A stretch of 62,431 bases of DNA from Candidatus Altiarchaeota archaeon (GTDB lineage: Archaea > Altiarchaeota > Altiarchaeia > IMC4 > QMZM01), in the NCBI GenBank assembly GCA_016931955.1, contig JAFGDV010000015.1, forward strand, positions 1-62,431, in the 5' to 3' direction. The notes beneath the pieces are model-generated. The model made no database searches and was not told where the DNA came from. It worked only from the letters and a program-made list of their open reading frames with translations. Position 1 is the stretch's first letter, and every line of letters begins with the position of its first letter. The position numbers and the translations under genes were made by a program. Positions 29,359-39,790 of the stretch are shown here, piece after piece.

Positions 29359-30438
29359 TTAGGGCAGAAGCTGTTTTTTCGTAATCTTTGTTGGAAGATA
29401 CTCCTCTGCAACGAACTCCAGTGATTTGGATGCGAGGGCCTGTTGCTCTATCCTAACGCCTTTACTTGACATCAAGGCTAATTGTTCTTTCCATTCCTTC
29501 TTCTGGAACCATGGGTACTGCAGCAACTCGCTGATCCTCTTCTTGTCCACGTCCTTCAGTTTTTCCGTGACCTTTTCGAGGTCGTAGGCGTCGATGTCAG
29601 TCATAGTCATCCCTATGAGCTGCATCTTGGGCGTTCCCAGTCTCTTGGATTCGTGGGCCAATGCCATAGAGCCAGCCTTCATGACGGAGTAGATGTAATA
29701 ACCCCATGGATCTCCGTCGGTGAACATTATCGCAGGCAGCTTTAATTCATGGGTCAGTCTGTGGACCAGCCTCCTGCATCCACGGGCTGCCTGACCCTTC
29801 GTTGAAACCATTATGCAATTGTTTTTGAGGTGGTATTTTTCTTCCACCAGACGGTCGAACATGGCGCCAGTCTCTATCACGAGGATGTATTCTGCATCAA
29901 ATTCATGGAATTTGTAGTGCTCGACTATCGATGGAATAGAAAGACCTGATCTTCCGAGCTTTGAGCAGTCTATGAAGTCACCCGAGTCTTCTACTGTGAG
30001 CTTTCCAATCAGTGTGCCTTTATCGTCCGCCTTCAGGTGCAGCTCCTCTCTCAGGACACCCAGTGAAGTCTCAAGGTCGACTATCAAGGGATCCGATTCG
30101 TTCTGGTCTTCGAAGGTGTTCTCCTTCGTGTCCGCTATAGTGTGCTTCAGCTGGTAGTATAGTTCCCTTATGCTTGCTGTCTTCTCCCTTGACACAAGCT
30201 CCTTGCATTTTGTGGCGATCAATATGGTCTGCATGAATTTCCTTGAGTGAGCGACGTTCAGGAACGATCTGGTAGACGTCTTGTCACCCAACTCGAGCAG
30301 GTTCTTCTCCTCGTTGAAGTGTATGTTGCCTATGCTCCGCTGGGGCAGACTTATCTTGGGTGACTCGTTCAGCATGATATCCTCTGTTATTTCCTTGCCT
30401 AGGTTGGTTAGTCTTGATATAACCTTCTGGTCTTCCAT
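29359..30438 (-). CDS. top6A: DNA topoisomerase VI subunit A
   Basis: SIRELYY catalytic Tyr, FTDGDPWG TOPRIM, EQQAL. Confidence 0.96.
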   Translation of the reverse strand: MEDQKVISRLTNLGKEITEDIMLNESPKISLPQRSIGNIHFNEEKNLLELGDKTSTRSFLNVAHSRKFMQTILIATKCKELVSREKTASIRELYYQLKHTIADTKENTFEDQNESDPLIVDLETSLGVLREELHLKADDKGTLIGKLTVEDSGDFIDCSKLGRSGLSIPSIVEHYKFHEFDAEYILVIETGAMFDRLVEEKYHLKNNCIMVSTKGQAARGCRRLVHRLTHELKLPAIMFTDGDPWGYYIYSVMKAGSMALAHESKRLGTPKMQLIGMTMTDIDAYDLEKVTEKLKDVDKKRISELLQYPWFQKKEWKEQLALMSSKGVRIEQQALASKSLEFVAEEYLPTKITKKQLLP

Positions 30439-30442
30439 CTTT

Positions 30443-32116
30443 TTATTCCTCCTCAGTTGTAAAATCAGCTTCAGGGATTTCTGAGTCGTCCTCGCTCTCG
30501 CCCTCGAGCATAGTTTCCATTTCCGACTCATTGGCCTCCTCTTCCTCGAGGTCCATGCCGGTTATCCTCTCATCCACGAGCTTTTGAAGCGCTTTCCGGA
30601 TTTTTTCTTCGTTCTTGTTCGAGAGTTGCGCGAGCGCTGAAGCAAGCTCTGAGCCGTATCTCAGCAGTATCTGTTTTTTGGCTTCCTTCTCCAAGGCCCT
30701 TCTCTTACGTGAGTGATAGAGCTGGAATCTCCTGCCAACCTCCATCAGAGCGAACCTTACCTCCTTCATTATCTTCCTATCCTCTGCGATGCTCTGTTTT
30801 CCGGCCGAGATGTAGGGTATGTGAGTTGAAAGCACGTTCACGAAAACAGTTACCGGTGAATTCTCGAAGTCTTTTATGCCGTACCTCTTCCAGTCGACGG
30901 AGGAAACAGCCTTGGTGATTGCGCAGCCTCCTGCATCGAAGAGTAACGGCGCTTTGTTCGCGAAACGCATCAACTCATATCTTGTTCCCTCGCCGACGTT
31001 CCGCCCAGCCTGTCCGCCAACCGCTATGGCGACCTCGACCTGGAATGGGATGCCGCCTGAATGGACCTTCGGCGGTCTGGTCAGAACCGCCTCGAATTCA
31101 GGGTCCAGGATGTTTAGCACCGCATTCCTCACATGCTCCTCTCCTATAGCCTCCAAGCCTTCCATGGAAGGCGCAAGAAACTTTGTCTTCTCTATGGCGT
31201 TTATTATCTCCTCGCATTCGCTCCAAGTCAGCTTTCTGGGGTTCTTGTCGAGGTCGAAGCTCACATACTCTTGGATCTCCTTAACCTTTGCGTTGCTCAT
31301 CCTGGAGAGCGAGGTCACGAGGAAGGAGTTCGCCTTCCGCGCCTTGGTCGCCTTCGCCATGTTTATGATCTCGTCAACCTCCAGCCCCTTCGGATGGGCC
31401 CTCACTGGAACGGGCGGCTTCGGGATCTTCTCGCTTGATCGGTCAAAGATGGTTTTCCTCCCTTCCGGGTCGATGAACGTTATCCTCGTATGTGGGTTTG
31501 CTATGGCCGTCCTCCGCAGATACTCGAATGGTCCCCTTTCGCCTAGGTTGAACTTGACGCCCTTGACTTCGATACCTATCCCTGTCCCTCGCCAGTATTC
31601 GCTGTACTCCTCGTGTTTGAGTATGTCTGCCTTGTTTTTTGTTATGTCTATCATCAGCTCTATCTCATGGACTTTGCCGTTGCCGGTGGACGTTTTTACC
31701 TTGATTGGTTTGCCGGTGGTTATCTGTGAGAACAAGGTGACACCCGCTACTCCAATACCCTGCTGCCCCCTCAGCTGCACGTTCCGGTGGAATTTGGTTC
31801 CTGCGAGCATCTTACCGAAGACGTCGGGGACATGCTTTATTGGGATACCAGGGCCGTTGTCCGACCCGCTTACACGGTAATGTTCCACACCCAAGGAGTC
31901 GATGCCTATCTGGATTTCCGGGAGTATCCCTGCTTCCTCGCACGCATCCAGCGCGTTTGTCACGATCTCATGGACTATGGTGGTTAATGACCTCAACTTG
32001 CCTGAGTAGCCGAGGTGTGCACGGTTTTTCCTGAAGAATTCGGTTATTGAGGTTTCTCTGAATTCCTTGAACAGGTCATCTGCTTCTCTCTCGTTTCCAG
32101 CGGTCATGTTCACCAT
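30443..32116 (-). CDS. top6B: DNA topoisomerase VI subunit B
   Basis: EIVTNALDACEE, DNGPG, RGQQGIG GHKL motifs. Confidence 0.97.
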   Translation of the reverse strand: MVNMTAGNEREADDLFKEFRETSITEFFRKNRAHLGYSGKLRSLTTIVHEIVTNALDACEEAGILPEIQIGIDSLGVEHYRVSGSDNGPGIPIKHVPDVFGKMLAGTKFHRNVQLRGQQGIGVAGVTLFSQITTGKPIKVKTSTGNGKVHEIELMIDITKNKADILKHEEYSEYWRGTGIGIEVKGVKFNLGERGPFEYLRRTAIANPHTRITFIDPEGRKTIFDRSSEKIPKPPVPVRAHPKGLEVDEIINMAKATKARKANSFLVTSLSRMSNAKVKEIQEYVSFDLDKNPRKLTWSECEEIINAIEKTKFLAPSMEGLEAIGEEHVRNAVLNILDPEFEAVLTRPPKVHSGGIPFQVEVAIAVGGQAGRNVGEGTRYELMRFANKAPLLFDAGGCAITKAVSSVDWKRYGIKDFENSPVTVFVNVLSTHIPYISAGKQSIAEDRKIMKEVRFALMEVGRRFQLYHSRKRRALEKEAKKQILLRYGSELASALAQLSNKNEEKIRKALQKLVDERITGMDLEEEEANESEMETMLEGESEDDSEIPEADFTTEEE

Positions 32117-32176
32117 CCGTCAAAGGCTTAAAAATATTGGGATTTCAGCTATAAAACTGTGAACATGAACCCACAT

Positions 32177-32710
32177 TCATTCCTCAAGAAGCCCTTCATA
32201 TTTTAACAGATCATCTTGATGTCTGCTGGATTTTTCCAGGAACTGGTATACTACAGAATGCCGTGCCCCTTTGATCAGCCTTATTATAGCCTCCTTTGCG
32301 ACCTGTACGTTGTCGTATCCGCCTATTACCCCCACGCTTTTCCCATACACTGATATGTTGGTGTGGGTTATACCTTCGATAAACGCCCGCGTTTTCCCTT
32401 TCCTGCCTATGATGCGCCCCTTCTTCCTTGCGAGCTCTCTCTCAGATCTCAGGAAATCCATTAAAGGCATGATCTCCAGAACATTGTCTTCATTAAGCAG
32501 CCTGAAAGCTATCTCAGGGCTGAATCCACGCCCGATAGCGAGTGCTATATCCCTAGCAGTTAGTAACCCGATATCTTCCCCATCGATGGACACGTTGCCA
32601 TCCTCTATGGTTATCTTGGTGTTTGTTTCCTTCTCTATCCTCTTCTTAACCTCACCATGTGTTCCGATCAAGACTGCGACCCTGTCTTCTGGTATCCTCA
32701 GATACTGCAT
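32177..32710 (-). CDS. KH-domain pre-rRNA processing protein (Dim2/Pno1)
   Basis: RVAVLIG, AIGRGFSP, GRIIGRKGKTR. Confidence 0.92.
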   Translation of the reverse strand: MQYLRIPEDRVAVLIGTHGEVKKRIEKETNTKITIEDGNVSIDGEDIGLLTARDIALAIGRGFSPEIAFRLLNEDNVLEIMPLMDFLRSERELARKKGRIIGRKGKTRAFIEGITHTNISVYGKSVGVIGGYDNVQVAKEAIIRLIKGARHSVVYQFLEKSSRHQDDLLKYEGLLEE

Positions 32711-32778
32711 ACGTTACCTATTGGATTAAATCTCTTAAAAGGGGCTTTATTTAGCCTTATGGGGATTAATTAACCAAG

Positions 32779-33786
32779 ATGGAAGAGGCGATGTTGTACG
32801 AAAAGGAGGACGGTAGAGTGAAATGCGGCCTCTGTTCCCACAGATGCTCTATAACTGAGGGGAAGAGGGGTATATGCGGCGTCAGGGAGAACAGGGGAGG
32901 GACGCTTTATTCGCTGGTCTATGGTAAAGTCATAGCAGCCCATGTTGATCCTATAGAGAAGAAGCCGTTCTTCAACTTCCTGCCGGGGACCAGAAGCTTT
33001 TCCATAGCAACGGCTGGGTGTAATTTCCGCTGTGAGTTCTGCCAGAACTGGGAGATAAGCCAGGAGGCCGGGAAATACAAGGACATGCCCGGAACCTATC
33101 TGTTCCCTGAAGAAGTTATCCAACAGGCGAAGGAAAACAGGTGTGATAGCATCGCCTATACCTATACGGAGCCCACGGTCTTCTTCGAATACGCCTACGA
33201 CTCATCGGTTCTGGCGAAAGAAGGGGGTATAGCGAATCTCTACGTTACTAATGGATTCATGACAGAGGAGATGCTCAAGAAATATGACGGCTTTTTGGAT
33301 GCCGCGAACGTTGATCTGAAGAGCTTCAGCGATGAATTCTACCGAAAGGTATGTCGTGCACGCTTGGAGCCAGTTCTCGACTCCCTTAAGCTGATGAAGA
33401 AGATGGGCGTCTGGGTTGAAGTAACCACCTTGTTAATCCCAACGATGAATGATTCATCTGAGGAACTCAGGCAGATCGCAGGATTCATCAAGGACGAACT
33501 GGGAGAGGAGACCCCCTGGCACATCAGCAGGTTTCATCCCGACTACAAGATGAGGGATCTGCCTCCAACCGATCCGGGGAAGATACACGAAGCGAGGGAG
33601 ATCGGCTTGGATTCAGGCTTAAGATACGTCTACGCCGGGAACCTTCCAGGCGACCTGGGGGAGAACACCTACTGCTACAACTGCGACCATCTGTTGATAA
33701 GGAGATACGGCTTCACGGTGTACGAGAACAAGGTCAAGGACTCAAGGTGCCCGAACTGCGGCTCAAAGATCGATGGTAGATTATAG
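32779..33786 (+). CDS. amrS: AmmeMemoRadiSam system radical SAM enzyme
   Basis: DPIEKKP, GCNFRCEFCQNWEIS, YVYAGN. Confidence 0.92.
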   Translation: MEEAMLYEKEDGRVKCGLCSHRCSITEGKRGICGVRENRGGTLYSLVYGKVIAAHVDPIEKKPFFNFLPGTRSFSIATAGCNFRCEFCQNWEISQEAGKYKDMPGTYLFPEEVIQQAKENRCDSIAYTYTEPTVFFEYAYDSSVLAKEGGIANLYVTNGFMTEEMLKKYDGFLDAANVDLKSFSDEFYRKVCRARLEPVLDSLKLMKKMGVWVEVTTLLIPTMNDSSEELRQIAGFIKDELGEETPWHISRFHPDYKMRDLPPTDPGKIHEAREIGLDSGLRYVYAGNLPGDLGENTYCYNCDHLLIRRYGFTVYENKVKDSRCPNCGSKIDGRL

Positions 33787-35124
33787 ATGCACAAGTTATT
33801 GGAGAAGATCCTGGAGGGGATCAAACCCTCAGAAGAGGAGCATAGGCGCGAGAAAGGTATAATAGATAGAGTGGAGAAGGCACTTCAGTTGAGGGGTGTT
33901 CGACCGCTCCTCGTAGGATCTCTGGCGAAAAAAACAGATATTAGGGCTGACAAAGACATAGACATCTTCATCCTGTTCGACCCTGGAGTAAGCAGGAAGG
34001 AGCTGGAGGAGAAGGGGCTTCAGATTGGTAGGGAGGTTTTCACTGAATTGGGTGCTGAATATGAGATAGACTATGCCGAGCACCCCTACATTAAGGGGCT
34101 CCTTGAAGGCTATGTTGTTGAAATCGTCCCATGCTATGAGACAAAAAAGCCGAAATCCGCTGTAGACCGCACACCTTACCACATCCAGTACGTGAAGAGG
34201 AAGATCCGAGAAAACAGAAGGCTGGCTGACGAGATACGGCTCATGAAACAGTTCATGAAGGGTGTGGGGGTGTATGGTGCGGAAGCTAAGGTCCAGGGCT
34301 TTTCGGGTTATCTGACAGAGTTGCTGGTCATACACTATGGCTCTTTTGAGGACGCATTGAAGGCTGCTTCAGGATGGAAGTTCAACGAAATCTTGGATCC
34401 AGAGAACCTGTGGGAGGATAAAGAAGCGTTAAGATTCTTCTTTCCGGAAGCCTCTTTGATTGTCGTGGATGCCGTAGACGAGAACAGGAACGCCGCCGCT
34501 GCTGTTTCGGAGCAGACGATGGCGAGATTCATCCACGCTGCAAGAGAATTCCTCGACAAACCCTCTAGGGACTTCTTCTTTCCGCCGGAGAAGGGGTTTC
34601 CCTCACCTGAGGAGCTGGTTGCAAGGATGGAGTCCAGGGGCACAAGGTTTATCGCAATAGAGTTCACGCATGGTAGGATTAATCCTAACACCCTTTATTC
34701 TCAGCTTAGGAAGACAAGGGATTCCATTGTCAGACACATAGATGGGGTTGGATTCAAGGTCCTGAAGTCAGGGATCTGGACTGATGAGGAGCATCTTTCA
34801 GTGATCCTTTTGGAGTTCGAGGTCTGGATTCTTCCGCCCATAGAGCACAGACTGGGCCCGCCCATAGACATGAGCCTTGAGGAGCAGGACAGTTTCGTGG
34901 AAAAGTACAAAGACTATAGGCCAAGGATCGAGAAGGGTCGCTGGGTTGCTGAAGTGAGACGGGAGATTATCCATGTGGAGGAATTGATCTCGGAGATCCT
35001 GGAGGAAAGAAGAGGATTCGGGAAGAATCTAAGGGAGTTAGAAGAGATAAGCATGGTAGAAGACAAATATATACTGAAAATTGATGGAAAAAAATTCCTG
35101 AAGTTCCTAGGAGAGTTTACTTGA
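33787..35124 (+). CDS. cca: Archaeal CCA-adding enzyme
   Basis: VGSLAKKT...DIDIF, YAEHPY, SAVDRTPYH, GFSGYLTE. Confidence 0.96.
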   Translation: MHKLLEKILEGIKPSEEEHRREKGIIDRVEKALQLRGVRPLLVGSLAKKTDIRADKDIDIFILFDPGVSRKELEEKGLQIGREVFTELGAEYEIDYAEHPYIKGLLEGYVVEIVPCYETKKPKSAVDRTPYHIQYVKRKIRENRRLADEIRLMKQFMKGVGVYGAEAKVQGFSGYLTELLVIHYGSFEDALKAASGWKFNEILDPENLWEDKEALRFFFPEASLIVVDAVDENRNAAAAVSEQTMARFIHAAREFLDKPSRDFFFPPEKGFPSPEELVARMESRGTRFIAIEFTHGRINPNTLYSQLRKTRDSIVRHIDGVGFKVLKSGIWTDEEHLSVILLEFEVWILPPIEHRLGPPIDMSLEEQDSFVEKYKDYRPRIEKGRWVAEVRREIIHVEELISEILEERRGFGKNLRELEEISMVEDKYILKIDGKKFLKFLGEFT

Positions 35125-36538
35125 CCTTTCCCATGAATTTTCTGAATGCTGGGTGCATTTCGCTCATCTGTTCTTTCTGCACTTCCTCGTAGAGGCGGTA
35201 TAGTATTCCCACTGTTAGGAGTATGCCTGTGCCGGAGCCTATCGCACCTAATAGATCGGCTCCTGCGGCCAGTAAGCCGACTGCAATGGAGCTGATGACG
35301 GTTATCTGTGGGATGTATCTGTTAAGTACGTTCTCTATAACCCTCTTGTCTCTCCTAAAGCCGGGGATCTGCATACCGCTCTGCTGTATCTGTTCAGCGA
35401 CCTTGTCTGCTGAAAGTCCCGTGGTTTCGACCCAGAAATTCCCGAAGAGAACGCACAATGCAGTGAAAATTATGAGGTAGATGCCTAGGTGTATGAGTAC
35501 GTTGACGTCCATCAACTCATAGATTTTGTTTGGATTAAGGATACCATTGAGATCTCCGAGGGTGATGTATCTTGTTGCAGTGTAGACGAAATTCTGCACT
35601 GGATTCATCTGATCCTCTATGGGGTTTTGTATGTTGACTCCCACCATCGCTGGCAGCATCTGGACGTTTGCGAGAAGCGCGGCTGCAAGAATAACAGGTA
35701 TGTTGGAGACGTAGAAGAACTTTATCGGGTATCTGCCTCCAACGCCCCTTATTCCGCCGTAGGATAGGGGTATCTCAATCCTCATCGACTCGCAGAAGAC
35801 AACAACAAGGAAGACCACGATCGTGGCTATTACGGGGAACAGTATCGTCAGGTCAAACATGCCCTTGTTCGCTTCTTCTATGAAGAGGGGTATGTAGCCT
35901 AGCCTGTCTGTGAATCTTATCGGATCCAGCCATTGGAGGAATGTAAGTGATGCGCTGATTATCTCCTTTGAGACCCCTCCGGCGATGAATAATCCGATGC
36001 CTGAGCCGATGCCCCACTTTGAGACGATTTCGTCCATGTACATCAATAGAATGGAGCCTAAGGCTATCTGGAACACTGTGAAATGAACGAATGGGTGTGT
36101 GAGTCCCCAAGAAGCCCCCAGGTATTGTTCACCTAATCTGAAACCAACTACTACAGCGTATGCCTCAAAGAGGGCAATTATTACTGTCAGGATCTTCTGG
36201 GCTCCTTGGAACAACGCCTTCCCATCCTGTGTAGTAAGGTCTATGTCGAGCATCTTGGCTCCGACCAACAGTTGCAGTACAATTGATGCTGTAACGATCG
36301 GTCCAATGCCCGTGGAGATGATTGTGCCCATGGTGCTGGCAAATATTGCCGCAAACTGCTGGTATGAGGCTGGCAGATCCCTCTGCTCGACGTGTACGGG
36401 ATATATGACTCCCATCACAAAGAAGAGAAAGAGAACAGCCACAGTCCAGGTAAGTTTTTCCTTGAAGGGCACGTGCCTTTTCGGGAGCCTAACCTCTGGG
36501 ATGTACTTTATGATCGGGCGGATGAACTCGAGATCCAT
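35117..36538 (-). CDS. secY: Preprotein translocase SecY
   Basis: GIGPIVTASI, SKWGIGSG, QIPGFRRD, GTGILL. Confidence 0.98.
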   Translation of the reverse strand: MDLEFIRPIIKYIPEVRLPKRHVPFKEKLTWTVAVLFLFFVMGVIYPVHVEQRDLPASYQQFAAIFASTMGTIISTGIGPIVTASIVLQLLVGAKMLDIDLTTQDGKALFQGAQKILTVIIALFEAYAVVVGFRLGEQYLGASWGLTHPFVHFTVFQIALGSILLMYMDEIVSKWGIGSGIGLFIAGGVSKEIISASLTFLQWLDPIRFTDRLGYIPLFIEEANKGMFDLTILFPVIATIVVFLVVVFCESMRIEIPLSYGGIRGVGGRYPIKFFYVSNIPVILAAALLANVQMLPAMVGVNIQNPIEDQMNPVQNFVYTATRYITLGDLNGILNPNKIYELMDVNVLIHLGIYLIIFTALCVLFGNFWVETTGLSADKVAEQIQQSGMQIPGFRRDKRVIENVLNRYIPQITVISSIAVGLLAAGADLLGAIGSGTGILLTVGILYRLYEEVQKEQMSEMHPAFRKFMGKVK

Positions 36539-36539
36539 T

Positions 36540-36980
36540 TTATTCTGGCATCTCTACCTTGCCCCCAGCGTCTTCGATCTTCGTTGCAGCAAGCTTGGAG
36601 CAGGAGTCAACTACAACATCCACGGGATGAGTGATCTTACCCGAACCTAGAAGCTTATCATATCCCATGGCCCTGAGATCGATAGAGTATTTCTTGTTTT
36701 TGATTTCTGCTTTTTTCTCGCTTACAAGGAGTTCAAGGTTTTGCTCTATGCAGCCCACGTTTATTGTCTTCAGTTTCTTGACGACCGCTGGCGGTCTCTT
36801 GAATCCGGTGTAGCCGAAATAGTTTGGCATGTATTTGCTGACGTAGGACCACTTGTGTTTCTTGCTTCCAGCCATGCCTCTCCCACCGTGACTTCCGGCG
36901 CCCCTGTGCTTTTGGGTGTTTCCGTATCCGCAGGTTCTACTACCTCTCAGCTTCCTTATCTTTCTTGCATTATGTGCCAT
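36540..36980 (-). CDS. rpl15: Ribosomal protein uL15
   Basis: RGSRTCGYG...HRGAGSHGGRGMAG, KLLGSG. Confidence 0.97.
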   Translation of the reverse strand: MAHNARKIRKLRGSRTCGYGNTQKHRGAGSHGGRGMAGSKKHKWSYVSKYMPNYFGYTGFKRPPAVVKKLKTINVGCIEQNLELLVSEKKAEIKNKKYSIDLRAMGYDKLLGSGKITHPVDVVVDSCSKLAATKIEDAGGKVEMPE

Positions 36981-36986
36981 CCTTGA

Positions 36987-37469
36987 TCACAGCATACTAT
37001 CCAAGAGTTCGTTGATCTTTCCCCCCCTGTAGCCGAGGGCTCCTCCAATGGAGTAGGGGTGTTTTATTCCCTTCCTCTCGTATCCCTTCTTAGGTGGATT
37101 TAGTCTGAAGACAGGCTTCAGACCAGTAATCTCCTTAATCTCTGTCTTGAATTTCATGTAGTCGTCTGAGAATTTCTTGACGGACTTGTATTTGCTGTTC
37201 TTCTTCATGTAGGCGTCTGTAAGGCCTTCGCCGCCAGTCACCTGACCCCTTGTTTCAAGTATCTTCTCTATCAGCTCAGGTGCTATCTCACCCCAGGTTA
37301 CGTAGTCCTTTACCTTGTTTATCATACCAGCATATTCTTTTCTGTCGTCGATTATGACGCAGTGGTTCACCCTATTGAGGTTAAGCAGCCTTAGTGTCTC
37401 TTCTATGTCGCTTCTAACATGCACTTTTCCGCGTACTCGCAAAACAGCAAGCCTTTTTTTGTCCGCCAT
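36987..37469 (-). CDS. rpl30: Ribosomal protein uL30
   Basis: AVLRVRG, KVKDYVTWGE, FRLNPPKKG. Confidence 0.97.
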   Translation of the reverse strand: MADKKRLAVLRVRGKVHVRSDIEETLRLLNLNRVNHCVIIDDRKEYAGMINKVKDYVTWGEIAPELIEKILETRGQVTGGEGLTDAYMKKNSKYKSVKKFSDDYMKFKTEIKEITGLKPVFRLNPPKKGYERKGIKHPYSIGGALGYRGGKINELLDSML

Positions 37470-37470
37470 T

Positions 37471-38178
37471 TTAGACTAAACCGGAGTGTATTTTAAGGTT
37501 TTCCGTTTCTTTTTCGTCGATCTTCATCTTGTTTGTGTTTTCTAATGCGTCGAGGACGGCGAATGCGAAGTTTATGCTGGTTCTAGTGTAGCCTTCGGTG
37601 TGAACCCACACATCGGAGATCCCAGCAAGGGTGAGGATCTTTCTCACTATCGCCCCGCCAACCAATCCTGTTCCCTTTGGCGCCGGCGAAAGGTAGACTC
37701 GAACGCTTCCGCTTTTACCCGTCACCTTGAACGGTACAGTATGGACTTGGCCGCATCGGCACTCCCAGCTACCACAACCCCTCTTTATCCTCTTTATGTT
37801 GAGTTTTGCCTTCTCAATGGACTTTCTGATCGTTGGCCCAGCCTCCTTACCCTTTGCCTTCCCGACTCCAACGTATCCGTTTTTGTTGCCTACGGCGGTG
37901 ACAACGCGGAACCTCATCCTCCTACCGGAATCGGTGGTCCTCTGCACCCGCGAGACGTCTATTATCTCTTCCTCCATGTCCGCTAGTAGGTAGTCTACTA
38001 TCTCGACCTCCTTTATTGGGGTAGAATATTCCATTATCTCATCGATGTTCTCTATCTTACCTAAACGTACCTTCCGGCCCAGCTCTGTTTTAGGTTCCCA
38101 GCCGGTGAGTTCTTTCTTTACTTCCCCAACCTTCACTACCTCGGTCTCCTCTTCAATTTCCTCTTTTCTTATTTTCAT
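37471..38178 (-). CDS. rps5: Ribosomal protein uS5
   Basis: WEPKTELGR, VQRTTDSGRR, RGCGSWEC. Confidence 0.98.
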   Translation of the reverse strand: MKIRKEEIEEETEVVKVGEVKKELTGWEPKTELGRKVRLGKIENIDEIMEYSTPIKEVEIVDYLLADMEEEIIDVSRVQRTTDSGRRMRFRVVTAVGNKNGYVGVGKAKGKEAGPTIRKSIEKAKLNIKRIKRGCGSWECRCGQVHTVPFKVTGKSGSVRVYLSPAPKGTGLVGGAIVRKILTLAGISDVWVHTEGYTRTSINFAFAVLDALENTNKMKIDEKETENLKIHSGLV

Positions 38179-38695
38179 TTTTGAAGGCTTCTGTAAGTTT
38201 TTCTCTTACCTCCGTAAATTCCTTTGTTATGTTTTCCTTACCTATCTGGGCTATGTGTTCGCCGGATATTCTTTTTTCGTCGGGGAACATACCCTCGTCG
38301 GCGGGGATCTTCAATCCCGAGTCCATTGCGCCCTTCAAAACAGCATAACGCCGAGAGCCTTTTATGGACTGAAGAAGACCGATGTCGAGCACAGCCTTCT
38401 TTATGCCTTTCTTCTGCCCGCGAAGCCCGCATAGGAGTCCTGTTAGGTAGGCAGCCGGCGTATTTCCAGTAGCTGCATTCCAGCCGAACTTCTTCAATTC
38501 CTTTGAATTAGCCGATGAAATGACCATGTCTCCATTAGTTCTGTAGTCTATCAATTGTGCGGTAATATGTTTGTTGGATGGTCTCACAACCAACCTTGTT
38601 GTCTTGGACTTCAGGAGGCCAAGCCTCTTCATGTAATCGGTTTTGCCCTCCCGTTTTCTCCTGTATTGCACAACATAGTCTGCTTTTTTTGCCAT
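38153..38695 (-). CDS. rpl18: Ribosomal protein uL18
   Basis: RRKREGKTDY, NTPAAYLTG. Confidence 0.98.
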   Translation of the reverse strand: MAKKADYVVQYRRKREGKTDYMKRLGLLKSKTTRLVVRPSNKHITAQLIDYRTNGDMVISSANSKELKKFGWNAATGNTPAAYLTGLLCGLRGQKKGIKKAVLDIGLLQSIKGSRRYAVLKGAMDSGLKIPADEGMFPDEKRISGEHIAQIGKENITKEFTEVREKLTEAFKNENKKRGN

Positions 38696-38696
38696 C

Positions 38697-39140
38697 CTAT
38701 TGTTTTAACCTCTCAATGTGTTCCCTTAAATGCCTTCTTGAGTGGAACAGGTTTCCTTTGACCTGCCCGTAGAGTTTTCTGTATTCTGTAGCTGTTATAT
38801 CCTTGTTTTCCTTCATCTTCTTGAGCTCGTCTCTGAGGGCGCGGATCTTGGACATCCAGGTTTCCTTGCTTGGCCTTCTTGCATTCTTTGTGCCGCTGCG
38901 GCGTCCATGACCCGTTCTCCTACCCTTCTTCTTCTGTGCTGTCCTCTTGCGCACCCTCCCAGTGCTTATCCCTCTCTTGGGTTTTGCCGTGATTGCGCCG
39001 GTGGCTATGTGGTGTCTGATGTCGTCTCTCGTTATGGCTTTCGATACGTCTTCCTGCATTTCAGGGTCGATCTTCACCCGGTTAACGCCCACGTCAAGGA
39101 TTTCCGACGCTATTCTTTTTTGTCCCACAAGGTTCATCAT
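38697..39140 (-). CDS. rpl19e: Ribosomal protein eL19
   Basis: QKRIASEIL, AITRDDIR, GHGRRSG, WMSKIRALR. Confidence 0.98.
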   Translation of the reverse strand: MMNLVGQKRIASEILDVGVNRVKIDPEMQEDVSKAITRDDIRHHIATGAITAKPKRGISTGRVRKRTAQKKKGRRTGHGRRSGTKNARRPSKETWMSKIRALRDELKKMKENKDITATEYRKLYGQVKGNLFHSRRHLREHIERLKQ

Positions 39141-39790
39141 AGCTCACCCCTTCTTGGGTTTAGTATCGTTATCTTTCTATCATTTGCCAGCTTGATGAGT
39201 TCGTTTCTCTTCTTCCGTCCGATGCAGGCGGCTATTATAGCAGCCTCCTTTTTGGTGTCGATGTTCTCCAACTCGTATGTGTTATGGATTAGTATGGGGT
39301 AGAAGCCATATGGGTGGATCCCTCTCACAGAGGCGGGGTTTCTGTAGCCCGTCTTCGGTAGCTTGCCCTTTCCTCTCTTACCCTCAGCCTTTTTGCTGTC
39401 GATGCCTCTTGGAGTACGCCACTTGTCCTTCAACCTCTTCAGTTTCCCAAGCTCTTGTCTCACAAACTTGGGTTTCTTTTTCCTCAGTTTTTTGATTTCT
39501 GTGATGTCCTTCTTCACACGGAATTTGATCTTTTCTATGGGCTTCCCCTTCCCTTCTTTGGCTTTCCTTTCTTCTGGTTTCTTTTCTGTTATCCCCTCTT
39601 CCTTGACAGCCTTCTTCCTTGGTTTCCTTTCAGCCTTCTTCTTCGGTGTCGCAGCCTTCTTTTTTACTGGTTTCTTCTCTAACTTCTTTTTCTTGTCCTC
39701 TACTTTGACCTTCGCAGCCTTCTTCGGTTTCTTTTCTGCCTTCTCTTTGGTTTTTGAGCCTTCAGACGATTTTTTTACCATCTTTTTCAA
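39137..39790 (-). CDS. rpl32e: Ribosomal protein eL32 with Lys-rich N-terminal extension
   Basis: KKPKFVRQE, WRTPRGIDSK, RGIHPYG. Confidence 0.95.
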   Translation of the reverse strand: MKKMVKKSSEGSKTKEKAEKKPKKAAKVKVEDKKKKLEKKPVKKKAATPKKKAERKPRKKAVKEEGITEKKPEERKAKEGKGKPIEKIKFRVKKDITEIKKLRKKKPKFVRQELGKLKRLKDKWRTPRGIDSKKAEGKRGKGKLPKTGYRNPASVRGIHPYGFYPILIHNTYELENIDTKKEAAIIAACIGRKKRNELIKLANDRKITILNPRRGEL

